Source of the DNA: Phoronis australis
Lineage: Eukaryota; Animalia; Phoronida
Assembly (NCBI GenBank): GCA_002633005.1
Contig: NMRA01000179.1
Span: forward strand, 689,274 to 753,273
Direction of reading: 5' to 3'
DNA: 64,000 nucleotides
Shown here piece after piece: positions 12,466-23,300 of the stretch. Positions within the stretch are counted from its first letter, which is position 1. Every line of letters starts with the position of its first letter. A program made the position numbers and the translations under genes. The notes under the pieces were generated by a model. It did no database searches. It worked only from the letters and a program-made list of their open reading frames with translations, and was not told the DNA's origin.

Positions 12466-12934
12466 CATAGGCGGATTTAGGGGGGGGGGGNNNNNNNNNN
12501 NNNNNNNNNNNNNNNNNNNNNNNNNNNNNNNNNNNNNNNNNNNNNNNNNNNNNNNNNNNNNNNNNNNNNNNNNNNNNNNNNNNNNNNNNNNNNNNNNNNN
12601 NNNNNNNNNNNNNNNNNNNNNNNNNNNNNNNNNNNNNNNNNNNNNNNNNNNNNNNNNNNNNNNNNNNNNNNNNNNNNNNNNNNNNNNNNNNNNNNNNNNN
12701 NNNNNNNNNNNNNNNNNNNNNNNNNNNNNNNNNNNNNNNNNNNNNNNNNNNNNNNNNNNNNNNNNNNNNNNNNNNNNNNNNNNNNNNNNNNNNNNNNNNN
12801 NNNNNNNNNNNNNNNNNNNNNNNNNNNNNNNNNGGTGCTATGCGCATCTACAATCGTGGTTCAGTTTGCGCAAATGCTTACAGCCGGACGAAATGTTGGG
12901 CCCCCCCCCTTGTGATATCCTAGATCCGCCACTG
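12466..12934 (-). mobile_element. hAT-like non-autonomous element with 5-bp TSD (spans an assembly gap)
   Basis: Termini CATAGGCGGATTTAG ... CTAGATCCGCCACTG; TSD AGGCG at 12461-12465 and 12935-12939. Removing it restores DSGYACSRFLMTP of the Harbinger transposase. Confidence 0.85.
12491..12833. other. Assembly gap (N run)
   Basis: Run of N; the X-containing ORFs are artefacts. Confidence 1.
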
Positions 12935-13674
12935 AGGCGTAACCGCTGTCGCCCAACAAATACCCATTATCAGGAAGAGATCTCTTCCTGCCATTATCAA
13001 CGTTGTACGGTCGCTGATCGTCGAAGTATTTTCCTAAGGTCGAGGTTAGAATAACAAATCTGTCATAGGTGGAACCAGGCCATCGTGCACAAACGTTCGT
13101 AAATGCTCCTACAAAATTGAAAACAAAATGTTGATGCATGGACTGACACTCGTACCTGTAATATTCTATTAGGGATTTCCAATCAACAGCAATCATTCAC
13201 ATAAGGCGGATTAAGGGGTGTCTTTTCGCACAGAATTTCTCTGTAATGAAATGTGTTGTTAATCTTTCCGAGTCCACTCTCTAAGTGGGTAGGTGTAGTA
13301 TCCCAAAAACAGCCGACTAAGTACACCGGTAACCAGCAGCGATTGTTTCCACAAGCAATCTCCGGTGGGGAATTATATTTGAAAGTTTATTGGTAGTAAG
13401 GAGAAAGAAACCGTCTCGGATCTAGGATATCACAAGGGGGGCCCAACATTTTGTCCGGCTGTAAGAATTTGCGCCAACTGAACCACGATTGTAGATGCAC
13501 ATAGCACCGAATGGGGGGAGGTCGGGAGGGGGGTTTGCCCCCCTCCCGCCGAGGAAATTTTTCTGTTTTTACCTCTAAAAATCAAGCATTTTCCTTGATT
13601 CCTGAAGTATTATTCAAGAAAAAAGGCCAAAAAAAACGGAGAACGTGTCAAACAGGGAAAACTGCAAGTATCAA

Positions 13675-13733
13675 AGACTGGAACTCACGACCTCGCGATT
13701 ATTGCGCGCGTGCGTTACCACTACACAACCACG
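13675..13733 (-). ncRNA. tRNA-derived (SINE-head-like) segment with Pol III A/B-box-like motifs
   Basis: Minus strand reads GTGGTTGTGTAGTGGTAACGCACGCG...GAGGTCGTGAGTTCCAGTC; paralog at about 27865-27923 (GTGGTGGTGCAGTGGTAAAGCACG...). Degenerate, not a functional tRNA. Confidence 0.5.
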
Positions 13734-14073
13734 ATTTAAAGGCGAAGGCAACCTTTTTCCATATCATTGTGAGCTAAAATAAGGTTAGTTGGTTATCCTA
13801 GACATATTTTCCACTTAATTACAGCTTTTCGTAATTTTATAAATTACTCGTCCACAACTCCGGAAGTGACGTTTTAGGAGGCAAGCGTTTCCCGCCACTT
13901 GGTTTTGCGTTGACTTTACCGTGCGAATTTGTTCTATTCTACTTTTGTTTTGTGCTCTTTTTCAACAATTGTCGCCACCACTTTCCATCAGCGAGTATTC
14001 TGCGGCAAGATAGGTTAGTAGAGAACTCAACTACGTTGGATTTAGTGATTGTTTAGTGTGATGTAAGCTGAAA

Positions 14074-14385
14074 ATGGCTGGAGTCGGTGACCCGTATCAC
14101 AGTGACAGTTGTGTGAGTGACGGAGACCTTGTTCACAGCACTGAGTGGTGACGAGGAATTTTTTCACGGACATTCAGTGGGTGGGTACATGTTTGAGCCC
14201 GAATATAACGAGGCAGAGTACGCACAGGCACAGGCAAGTGTTGAGAGAAACGAGGCGGCTACTGAGGACAGACGTAGTGACACATCTTTGTGCAAATGCA
14301 CTGTGTGTGTTGTTATGCCTACATGTACCTCAATGGAATGCTTGTGCTGTTCAGAGTTCGCCGAGGCCAAGCCACTACTGGACAT
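14074..14385 (+). pseudogene. KolX remnant, copy B (frameshifted)
   Basis: ATG at 14074, 4-bp insertion near 14140, then GYMFEPEY...LCKCTVCVVMPTCTSMECLCCSEFAEAKPLLD. Confidence 0.78.
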
Positions 14386-14387
14386 GG

Positions 14388-15170
14388 TTAAGTGGACCTC
14401 CTGCTTACCACGGAACAACTGTCCCACTTGTCAGAGTGTCCCGCTACACACTCCCACCGGATGGTGACCTGAGCACCCAAACTGCTTACACCGTGTCGTG
14501 TGACTCCCTCGCCACACACCTGGCACCTTCTAAATAACTCCAACACTTTAGACAAGTCCACAATAAACTTATCAAACTTTGGCTCACCGATCTGTTCACT
14601 GGACAACGAAGTGTCTTCTTCACTGGGTGTCGAACTGAGTCTGTTATCACTCCCACAACTCAATATCGCTGCAGGGCTTCTTAGAGGCTCTGGGGTGGAG
14701 AAAACAGCACAGGGCGAATCACTACTGGTTCCAGGAATTGCACGCAGTGGGGTACGTTCGGAGGCACGGGTGACAGTCGATGAAGTGCCTCCAATGGCTC
14801 CAGTCACTGTACTGGCCACAGCTCGCGAGGCTTCTCGCTTCAAAAACGCACTTCTCGGGGGTGGCGACGGGGCACTGCCGGGAATAAACAAAGACGGAAT
14901 GGCATCTTTCTTCAGACGTTGTTTCGCAGGGACCTTCATCAGTTCAGCGTACAAATCCCTTTGGTAATCGGACGGCAGAAAGTGCTTGCCACACACACGG
15001 TAATTCTCCACTACTTTGTACGTTGCGTGGACGGGTAACGCTACGTTCTTCACACGAACGAGCCAAGTACGGCGAAGTGTGTCATCCATCGGAAAGCGAT
15101 GCAAAGGTACTCCCAAAGCGCGCGTGAGCCGATAATTAGTACATCCTGGTACGCAGCAACAACGTGGCAT
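14388..15170 (-). pseudogene. Kolobok transposase remnant, copy B (THAP plus zinc finger only)
   Basis: Close paralog of 3623-4717; a 7-bp deletion near 14413 causes an early stop. Confidence 0.88.
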
Positions 15171-17153
15171 GTTGACTGACTAGTAAATGATAGCAAACGA
15201 CGACGGAACTTAACACAACCGGGTAGAACAATGACTGACTCGGCAGCTCTCACAGTCAGACTATATGAAAAGAAATTGGCGCGAAATGCTTGCCTCCTAA
15301 AACGTCACTTCGGGAGTAGCGGACAAGTAATTAATAAAATTACGAAAAGCTGTAATTAAGCGGAAAATATGTCTAGGATAACCAACCAATCTTAGTTTAG
15401 CTCAAAATGACATGGAAAAAGATTGCCTTCGCCTTTAACTACTAATCTCGTACTAAGAGACCTACTTGTTTATGGAGTTTATGGTCCACAGCGTTTGCGC
15501 GCGAAACCTATTTCTTTTTGTAATGCTTATTACACGTTTTATATTTTGTGCCATCGATTCTTAACAAATTTGTCGTATTTAAATAGTCTTCAAATGCCAA
15601 AAAGACCAAATCCGTTTTTCGTGTTGGCAAGAATGACGGGATTGCTTTGGAAATCGTCTTAAGGTAAGGTTTGGCAAAGAGAGTATTGCGAATTTCTGAG
15701 TGATTCACTGAGGCTTCGATTAAAATTCACATCTTACCAGCAGCTTCTGTTTTTTCATCGTCACTCAGGTTCCATTTTCTTTAAAAAACGAAGTAAATTT
15801 TCTACATTGCACAGTGGAGCAGACGACGGAAACGGAGTCGTAGTGCGCAGCGCCACTGCCGGTCGCCTGGGATATCGCCATGATAGTTTCGTTACGAATG
15901 CGCCGTGTTCCGAATTTGACACTTGAAATTGGAAAAACGAGCCATTCTGTAGAAACCGGCCTTTATCTTGTTGAGCCTCTGTGGGGTTGTGGGGAATGTT
16001 ACAAATCTGTTTAAATGTTGAACAATTGCAGATGTGACGCGTTTCACAATTCGACTAACAGTTGACTTGTGCAGACTGTGGAGCGTGTCACCGACAACGT
16101 TCATGAAGCTGCCAGTTGCGAGGTACCTCAGGTACACCAACACTTGAATCAGGGTTGACACTGAGAAATTTCTTCTTGTGGCAGGCTTAACATCTTCGTC
16201 TACTAGCCCACAAACAGTAAAAACGGATGGCTTCTCGCCCAAAGCGAAACTTCCCTCTCAGCTGTTCATCCGTGTACTTGTTGAGGGGATCAGTAACTTC
16301 TCTTTCAAATTGCCTCTGCTTTGGTCTAAATCTATACAGTGCATTCATTTTGATTGAGTTATCCGAGGTCTGATGGTCGGGTAACTTTAGTACGGCGGAT
16401 AGTGTGAGTTATACGGCGGATAACTCTATACGATTTTTATGCAACCCAACTTATCCAGCGTATAAAAAGTTATACGCCGGATAAGGACTTATCCGGCGTA
16501 TAAGGCCTTATACGCCGGATAGCAAGTTTTATGCAACCGGGTTCTGATGAAATATTTTGCGCCGGTTTTGGCCATTTTTTGATTCTTCAATCAACAGTTC
16601 TCCTCTTGCACGAGGTTGCGTATATGTCGCAATCAAATCGGAATGGAAGAAGGTAAGTGGGATAGGAAAGAGTCTTAAATCACCGGCGTTCCCACTGAAC
16701 CGGATAAACTTCCATTGCAGTAAATATCCAAAATTAAATGCAGAAATCAAAGACCACAAATCACCTATATGCTGATAACTTGAGACGAGACCCGGCTGAA
16801 GGTTGCACGCTGCGGCGTATCCACGATACGAAGTCTTGAAGTTAATGATGAATATTAACACCAACCAATGGGCACGCCAAGCGTCATTCATACGCAAAAC
16901 ATTAGACTAGTAACGCTTATGTTCTTAAAGCGGCAACACTAATTACATATACCGGTGGATTAAGCGTTCCCACTGACGTAATTCGCCAGATGAAATGTTA
17001 TACCCGTCACCAATCCCATCCTCTGAAGGGGAGTAAATTTACCATGGGATTAATGTACGCATGCGAAATTTTATTTATAGATTCCATTGAAACTGGATGT
17101 TCTTGCTTCGTCCCAACGGTAGGGAGTAGGCAGCGGGGAGCAATCCTTTAAAT

Positions 17154-17356
17154 TCATTGCTTGAAATAACCCGTGCAGTTATATTTATACAGAAGGCATT
17201 TATCAAAGACTGTTGTACAATTGCAAAATAAATGTTTACGTTTTAAAATACACAAAACGCCTGAAAATTCAGTTGTGTCTATGGTCTCGCTTTTCGACTT
17301 CATCTTGATCAAAACAATCGGAGCTCGTGTTACCTCATGTCCTGAGCAGTTTTCAG
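17154..17356 (-). CDS. Candidate terminal exon (alternatively a 23-nt microexon 17356-17334)
   Basis: CCTAG acceptor, phase 1, AENCSGHE... open to TGA at 17154; AATAAA about 80 nt downstream on the minus strand; alternative GAG|GTAAC donor at 17333. Confidence 0.4.
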
Positions 17357-20300
17357 CTAGGGTAAATACAAGATGGCAGTTCATGTCTTCATACATGTAT
17401 CTATGACCGTGATTAATTAAATGTTTGGTCGTTAGTCGATAATCTCAACGGCAGCTATTACCACCAAACATGGATGACAGAGCTCGCTCACTGCGCACGG
17501 GGGTAACGTAATATGTGCGTGTAATGGTCGTACGAAAATTGACGACTACATGCATGGCATGGAATGAGCAGGAGTTCTACACTTAATTTCGCCACATCAA
17601 CGAGTATTTGTGTATGTATAGCAACACCAGCAGTCGTGATTTGTCATTGGCAGAGTATACTCACAATAATCAATTAATTACTACCTTTGCACACAGGCAG
17701 TTTGGACCACCTCCCCGTAAATTCACAAACGGCTATATCTGGTCCTATTCGCCTGAATCCAGGGTTACAACCAACTTTGATCACGTCGAGGTAAAGAGAT
17801 GCATTTGTGGAATTTGTGTATCCGTTTGTGATGATTGGCGGCTTACATTCCACGTGATCGTATGCTTCTATGCCTGTTGAAAGTAAAGTGAAGCTGGTCA
17901 TCAACCTTTCGCATCACCAGTCAAAGATCCTTCAGTGTCGATTAAACTAATCTACATGTATAAAGTAAACATACCTTTGTTTTATCTCCTTGTTTAGGGG
18001 AATTTATACAAACTAGCACAATTGACACGTGTATGTGTTCAGTAGAATACTTTCATTGGTCTTTACAAAGTTGCACTTATTCGGTGCAAACAGTGCTGTT
18101 TTGCTACCGAGAGATTAGAACGTGTACATGTAAGGAAAACCAAACAATGAAGAGCAAACAAATTAATAAATGCCTAGGAAACCATGCTCAATGAAACACC
18201 ACAGACAATTTCAAATAGTCATGCCCTCGTCACTCTTCGGAAAATATTAAAAAAATCAAGCAGCGAAGGAGAACACCAAGAGTTTAGATCTTGTCTTGGG
18301 TTTACACAATATTCGTGCAAATACATGTAACTGCATTAGCTTAGTGATGTCTTTTCATTTTCTCGTTTTGCCACACGAAATAACCTATCCAAAGCGCCAC
18401 AGAATAACGAATCACTATAAAACTAACAAATTAGTTACAATAACATGGCAAGCGCGGGCTTAGAATCTATAAAAACCATTTTCGATTACAATATTTGTTT
18501 GTCCTGAAGACACTGAAAATGTAGTTTATCGCATATACATGCATATGAAAATATGGATGTTGTATACATTTAGATTAATACATGGCGAAGTCATTATCCC
18601 CCGTTATCTAGAGCTCGAGTGGGTTTTGAAGAATTATCGCCCAGGGGCATTAGCCCCGGCATTTGTGCGTGAATCTTTGGTAAAGCGAATGCGATGTCGA
18701 AAAAAATGAAAGAAAATGCATCAAGGTACACGTTTTGTGAAGCAAAGCGTCTGGTGATGTTTATAGCGCATGATCTGGCCTCCTTAGGTAGTAAGTGACG
18801 CTGAATGATATCTGGCAACTATGGCTCTAAAATAAAAATATCACACTTGTATTGCCCCCCNTCTCCCCGAGTCCTGCACCTTCCAATGAGTCACCACGCC
18901 AGATTTGGCTCAGTTTAAGTCCTAAAATCGCATAATCATTCTACTGTGGTCAGCTGTAACGAGACCGAAATTTTTTTGGAACGGTGCTCAATATTAAAAA
19001 ATTGTCCAGCACGAGAGTACTTTGTCAGAAATGCCAAACACATGCAGCGTTTTTAAGACAAGGACGTTTTCGTTTCCGTATGTCCACAAAAGTAGTTTGA
19101 ACAGCGTGTACAGATTTGTTCATTTCGCTTTTCTACACGAATATGGCCAACACGGTGTTTTGAAAAAGTCCATTTTTGAGGGGATTTTCAAAAATTAACA
19201 TGTTTGGTTTATGCATTCACTCAGTGCCACGTCGTACATCAAATGTAGGGGAGAGTTACCGGTTCCGTACCAGTTATCGTCGTACCACGTCATTTCTCGC
19301 CAAACTACGTCCAGTCAATGAATGTATATTGTGTTTATTGAAACATCTTTAGGCAATCATTAGTTTTAGCAGAATTATTAAAGTTTGTCTCGTGGCAATA
19401 TTGCGTAGCGTTTTAAGACACATGATCATGTTGACGTCATTCAGAATTTAATTCCAAAATCCAACTGCGCCAACGCCACGGATATTTGTCAAGTTCGATA
19501 TTTGTAATCCCCCTCTTGTTGCAGCAACTAACTACACATGGTTTTTAGAACGTTCTGATGTTTCAATTTATGTTTAGCAATTAGAAGAGACGAAACGTGT
19601 TGTAATTACAGAAATTCATAAGCAGTAATAGAATGCCTGCAGGACGGGATTAAACTGGAAACCTCTGGTACAACACTTCGGGGCGGCAGGTGGCACCAGT
19701 GGATTATTAATTAAAATGCGTTTGCCTGATTTAAAACGAACAATAGTACCGCACTGAACACCGAATGACCCATGACAGACAAACTGCACTCTGGAATAGG
19801 TCCGGCAGAAACCAAAAAAGGACCCCCCAAAAATGAGCTAGCACATACATTCGAGGTACCACACAAAACCAATTCCATGTGATTCAATACATGTCACAGA
19901 TCACTACAACCCCTATGACAGACAAAATGCACTCTGGATTGTGCCCGGCAGAAACCCCCAAAAATCTCAACCACGTTATGCCATCAAAAATTTGAGCTAG
20001 ACTAGATTTTCGAGGTACCGGCCAAAACTGATTTAAAACGAACAATAGTACCGCACTGAACACCTATGCTAGGCGACCACTTCGCCGACCCAAGTGCCGA
20101 CCGCTGAGGCGACTCAGCAGACGGCTCCCAGTTTGACCATGAATTTACCACTTTTACAACTTCACTGCAATGGTAATTCCCTATGACAGTGAGCACATTC
20201 TTCCAACCCCCCATATCTCGGTAAAGGAAACAGTCGGGGGGAGGTATTTCGCAATTAACACCTGTGCTCATTCATGACGATTAATTTCATCAGATTTGAT

Positions 20301-23300
20301 TTACGTAGATCTTTCAGAATAGTACCATATTGTATGATTTTCTCAGACACCATCTCCTATTTTTCATAGCTTCATAGTTAATGGGTTAAATTATCGAAAA
20401 CTGTTGCGTCAATGATAGGTACTATACCTTTACTGCAGACAGAGGGATGTTTGAAATCACATTGGAGGTCGTTCCATAGATCATTAACAGCGACACAGTT
20501 CTCTGTGGTTTGTCCATTTGGCTCGCCCGTGTGGAATCCTAAGAATCAAAAGTCAATAAACGAAAATCGTACCTCGAAACATGAATGATTTAAAAATGAC
20601 ATAAGTAAACAATTCAATTCCAGGCGTCGGACGTGGCAACCTCTAAATTGTCTAAAAGCGAGCGAAGAGGGGTGCCTTTCGTCCATATCTGTCGCTTTTG
20701 GGTAGGAACACTTAAGTAAATGCAGTATACAGGTAGGCCTAGAGAGTCCGCTTTTGAGTCGTCTTTGGGCGGGGCGTTCTATATTAATAAATGAAGCACC
20801 AGCCGCGTTTGACCAGGTCTCCTAGAAATACTTGTCAGGTAACATTCGCACTAAGAGGCGAAAAGAAGTATTGAAATCGAATCCACCTAGGTACTGTAGG
20901 CTTTGCTGTAAGAACTCATTCACCGGTCAGAAGTCTCCGTCGGGTCATTAACGATCGCCTACACCGACCAGTACATAATTCATTCTGCCCAACTACTCAC
21001 CCCAAATGTATAAGACCGAAACTTCATTGAAGGTGCTCTAACCTTGTTTATGCTTTGGAATTAAATCTTCCAGATAATACGAAACTGTCAATTTCAATAA
21101 CGATTGGTCAGTTTGAACGAAAACTCTGCAGGTTAATATTCATTGTCTGAAATCTTGCGATTTGCGTAACGGCAAAGCAGATACCTGAGCGTTTACGCAG
21201 TTGACCATTCAGGTAATGATCATCACTCATCATTTTTTGTAAGCGACCTTCTTCGGCTCAACGCCCACAACCTGATTTTTAGTTTCCCAGTTTAAGCACC
21301 CTGGCAAGTGTAGTCGGTGTGTACATAAAACGCAGGCGTCAAACGCAACATTTAAGCGTCAGTTTGGACGATCGGCTTGTCTTCCATCCGCAACCTCGAC
21401 GATCACCTGTCCAACGAAGATACACGTTTTGACTTATAGGCGTATAGCCCAGTCGATATTTTGTCAATTTCAACCAATCATCATCTTGCACCAACGGCAG
21501 CGCTTTACGCCAACAAACTGGCATGACTGATGGACTAAAGTGTAAATGTGGTCTGTTGTGCAGACAAATTGGTGCCTAAAATTTATGTTCAGGAAATGTG
21601 AATCCTAGAATTTGTAATGGCGCATTTTCGGAGTTCATCTTTCTACTGCCGATGATTTTTGTTTACGATACTATTCTGTATTCATACAGAACGAATAACA
21701 CACAGGTTAAATCGGTCAGATATGTGTTTATTGTACGTAGTATATGAATGTGCTTTAACACGCGGCTATTAAACATCACTGCAGAAACTAAATAGTAGCA
21801 GCGACGCCACTAAGTTGCATGACAAGGCAAAAAGTCGTTCAAAGTCCGCAATTTTTCACGGTGTTGTAAAAGTAACTAATGACTGCTGATGTTACATCAA
21901 CCAAAGCTCGTGCCGCTGCGTGATACCTGCTTGCTGGCAAGGTACGTAGAGAAGCAGCGAGCCATCCTTTTCACTTTAGGAAAATGCATGAAAATTTTCA
22001 CAATCATCCTTACTAAGGTTTGGTTGACAGAGGGGCAGGTGTCAAAACAGATTCGAGGCAGTAAAATGGTCACTGGAAGGCTCAAAATACCTCGAATCAA
22101 TCCGAAAACCGGAAGATAGCGTTACTATACTAATAGATGCCTAATGAGACAAATGTTTCGAAAATTCGTTGAGGACCTTTGAAGACACAGAGGTAAACGT
22201 AAAAAATACAATTGCCACTAGGAGGCGCACCAGTGGTCCGATCCATCTGAATGTCGTCATATGTGGTCAACTTTAATATTATACTCGCAAATTTTAATAA
22301 ACATCCTATACAGCGTTTAGGAGATACAGCCATGGGCGCAAAAAAAAACAGCGTTGGTTCGCACAAACAGGACCGACACTGAATTAAATAGCTGCTGTCG
22401 CAAGCTCAGATGTCGTTCACTTGAGGCAGTTGGTAGGCATCCAACAAGTTTGACGTGACGTTTGCTTCACAGTTTTGCCGCTGACGAGAACCGTATTCTG
22501 TCTTTGTATTCTCGTATGCAAGTCGCATTCTTGAGGAACTAGGCCCAATCTGACATGAAAATGCATGTAAGTGTGAACTTAATGTCAAGAACATCTCAAA
22601 TATCAAAGTACTGAAAAGATTAAAAAATTGTACACAACACTCACACCAGCGATCCTAAGCTCAGTTTTTGTGCCGATTGTGAAATTATGATTAACTTACG
22701 GTTGTATGTCATGTTAGTTCCGTCTACCCGTTGGAATACACCCTCAATTTTAAGGTCGTTAACACCGATCCAAATGTGCTGCCCGTTATAACCATAGTCA
22801 CGTTTCTGTAAAAATACAATGTACTTTAAACACGTTTCCGCGTGCACATAAACGTAGAATGAAAGTGTGACTGAAATTATAATGCGAAAGTGTCATGCTT
22901 CTATGTATCTGGCTTCTGCCAAACACACAGTTGCTTGACATACACGTGTTACTTTGACAGGATTCTGCCAGACATTTACAAACCTGGATGAACATCCAGC
23001 CAGTATTAGTAAAAAAATGTATCGCTATAAAATAGCTTTATTTGCGAACGGTGGGTGCGTGCGCCAAAACTTGGTCAAATGTTGATGCTGTTCATGTTAT
23101 TTTACTATTTTGAAAAGTGGTCAGTAGGTATAAATCGCTCGACACTTATTTTGTCGCATAGTTTGCCGGGAAAGAAGTGAGTCTGCTAAATGTTATCGCA
23201 ATCATGACAAAAGAATGCTATTTCAGACAGAATCCAAAACTAAGTCGCACGCTTCTTTATCGCCGTAGCTGAAAGCATTTTGTGCATGATTGGTTGGAAA

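Larger units (their letters stand above)
13740..15434 (-). mobile_element. Kolobok DNA transposon, internally deleted copy B
   Basis: TTAA at 13736-13739 and 15435-15438; long TIRs as in copy A but more diverged; empty site ACGATTTAACTCC seen in the paralogous host repeat at 27921-27933. Confidence 0.92.
13200..15930 (+). mobile_element. Composite hAT-like non-autonomous insertion (same family as 12466-12934 and 27610-28582), carrying Kolobok copy B
   Basis: Starts CATAAGGCGGATT. 13417-13735 plus 15439-15930 align by eye with 27615-28420. 13417-13510 is an inverted copy of 12834-12927. Confidence 0.7.
12126..16348 (-). pseudogene. Harbinger (HARBI1-like) DDE transposase split into three pieces: 16348-15930, 13196-12935, 12465-12126
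   Basis: Motifs KFRF, LRYLATGS..VGD..KSTVSR, ARWPGSTYD, LLGDSGY|ACSRFLMTP and YN..H..TRASIERAIGVLKRRF..LHN; frameshift near 16220; interrupted by MITE and Kolobok insertions. Confidence 0.9.
6433..16543. mobile_element. Decayed autonomous Harbinger transposon, expanded by nested insertions
   Basis: TIR GGCCCGGTTGCATAAAA / TTTTATGCAACCGGGTT; CTG TSD at 6430-6432 and 16544-16546; subterminal TATCCGGCGGATA-type palindrome arrays at about 6460-6600 and 16360-16520; convergent Myb/SANT and transposase genes. Confidence 0.9.

Noticed and set aside
12446-13054. Long ORFs containing X
   Set aside because: Artefacts of the N gap.
3043-15434. KolobokP-like composite bounded by long direct repeats
   Set aside because: Each copy has its own TIRs, TSDs, unrelated flanks and a different deletion; copy B has an empty-site paralog.
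16529-16897. 122-aa ORF just downstream of the lectin gene
   Set aside because: No recognisable domain or splice context, and it runs into the Harbinger TIR.
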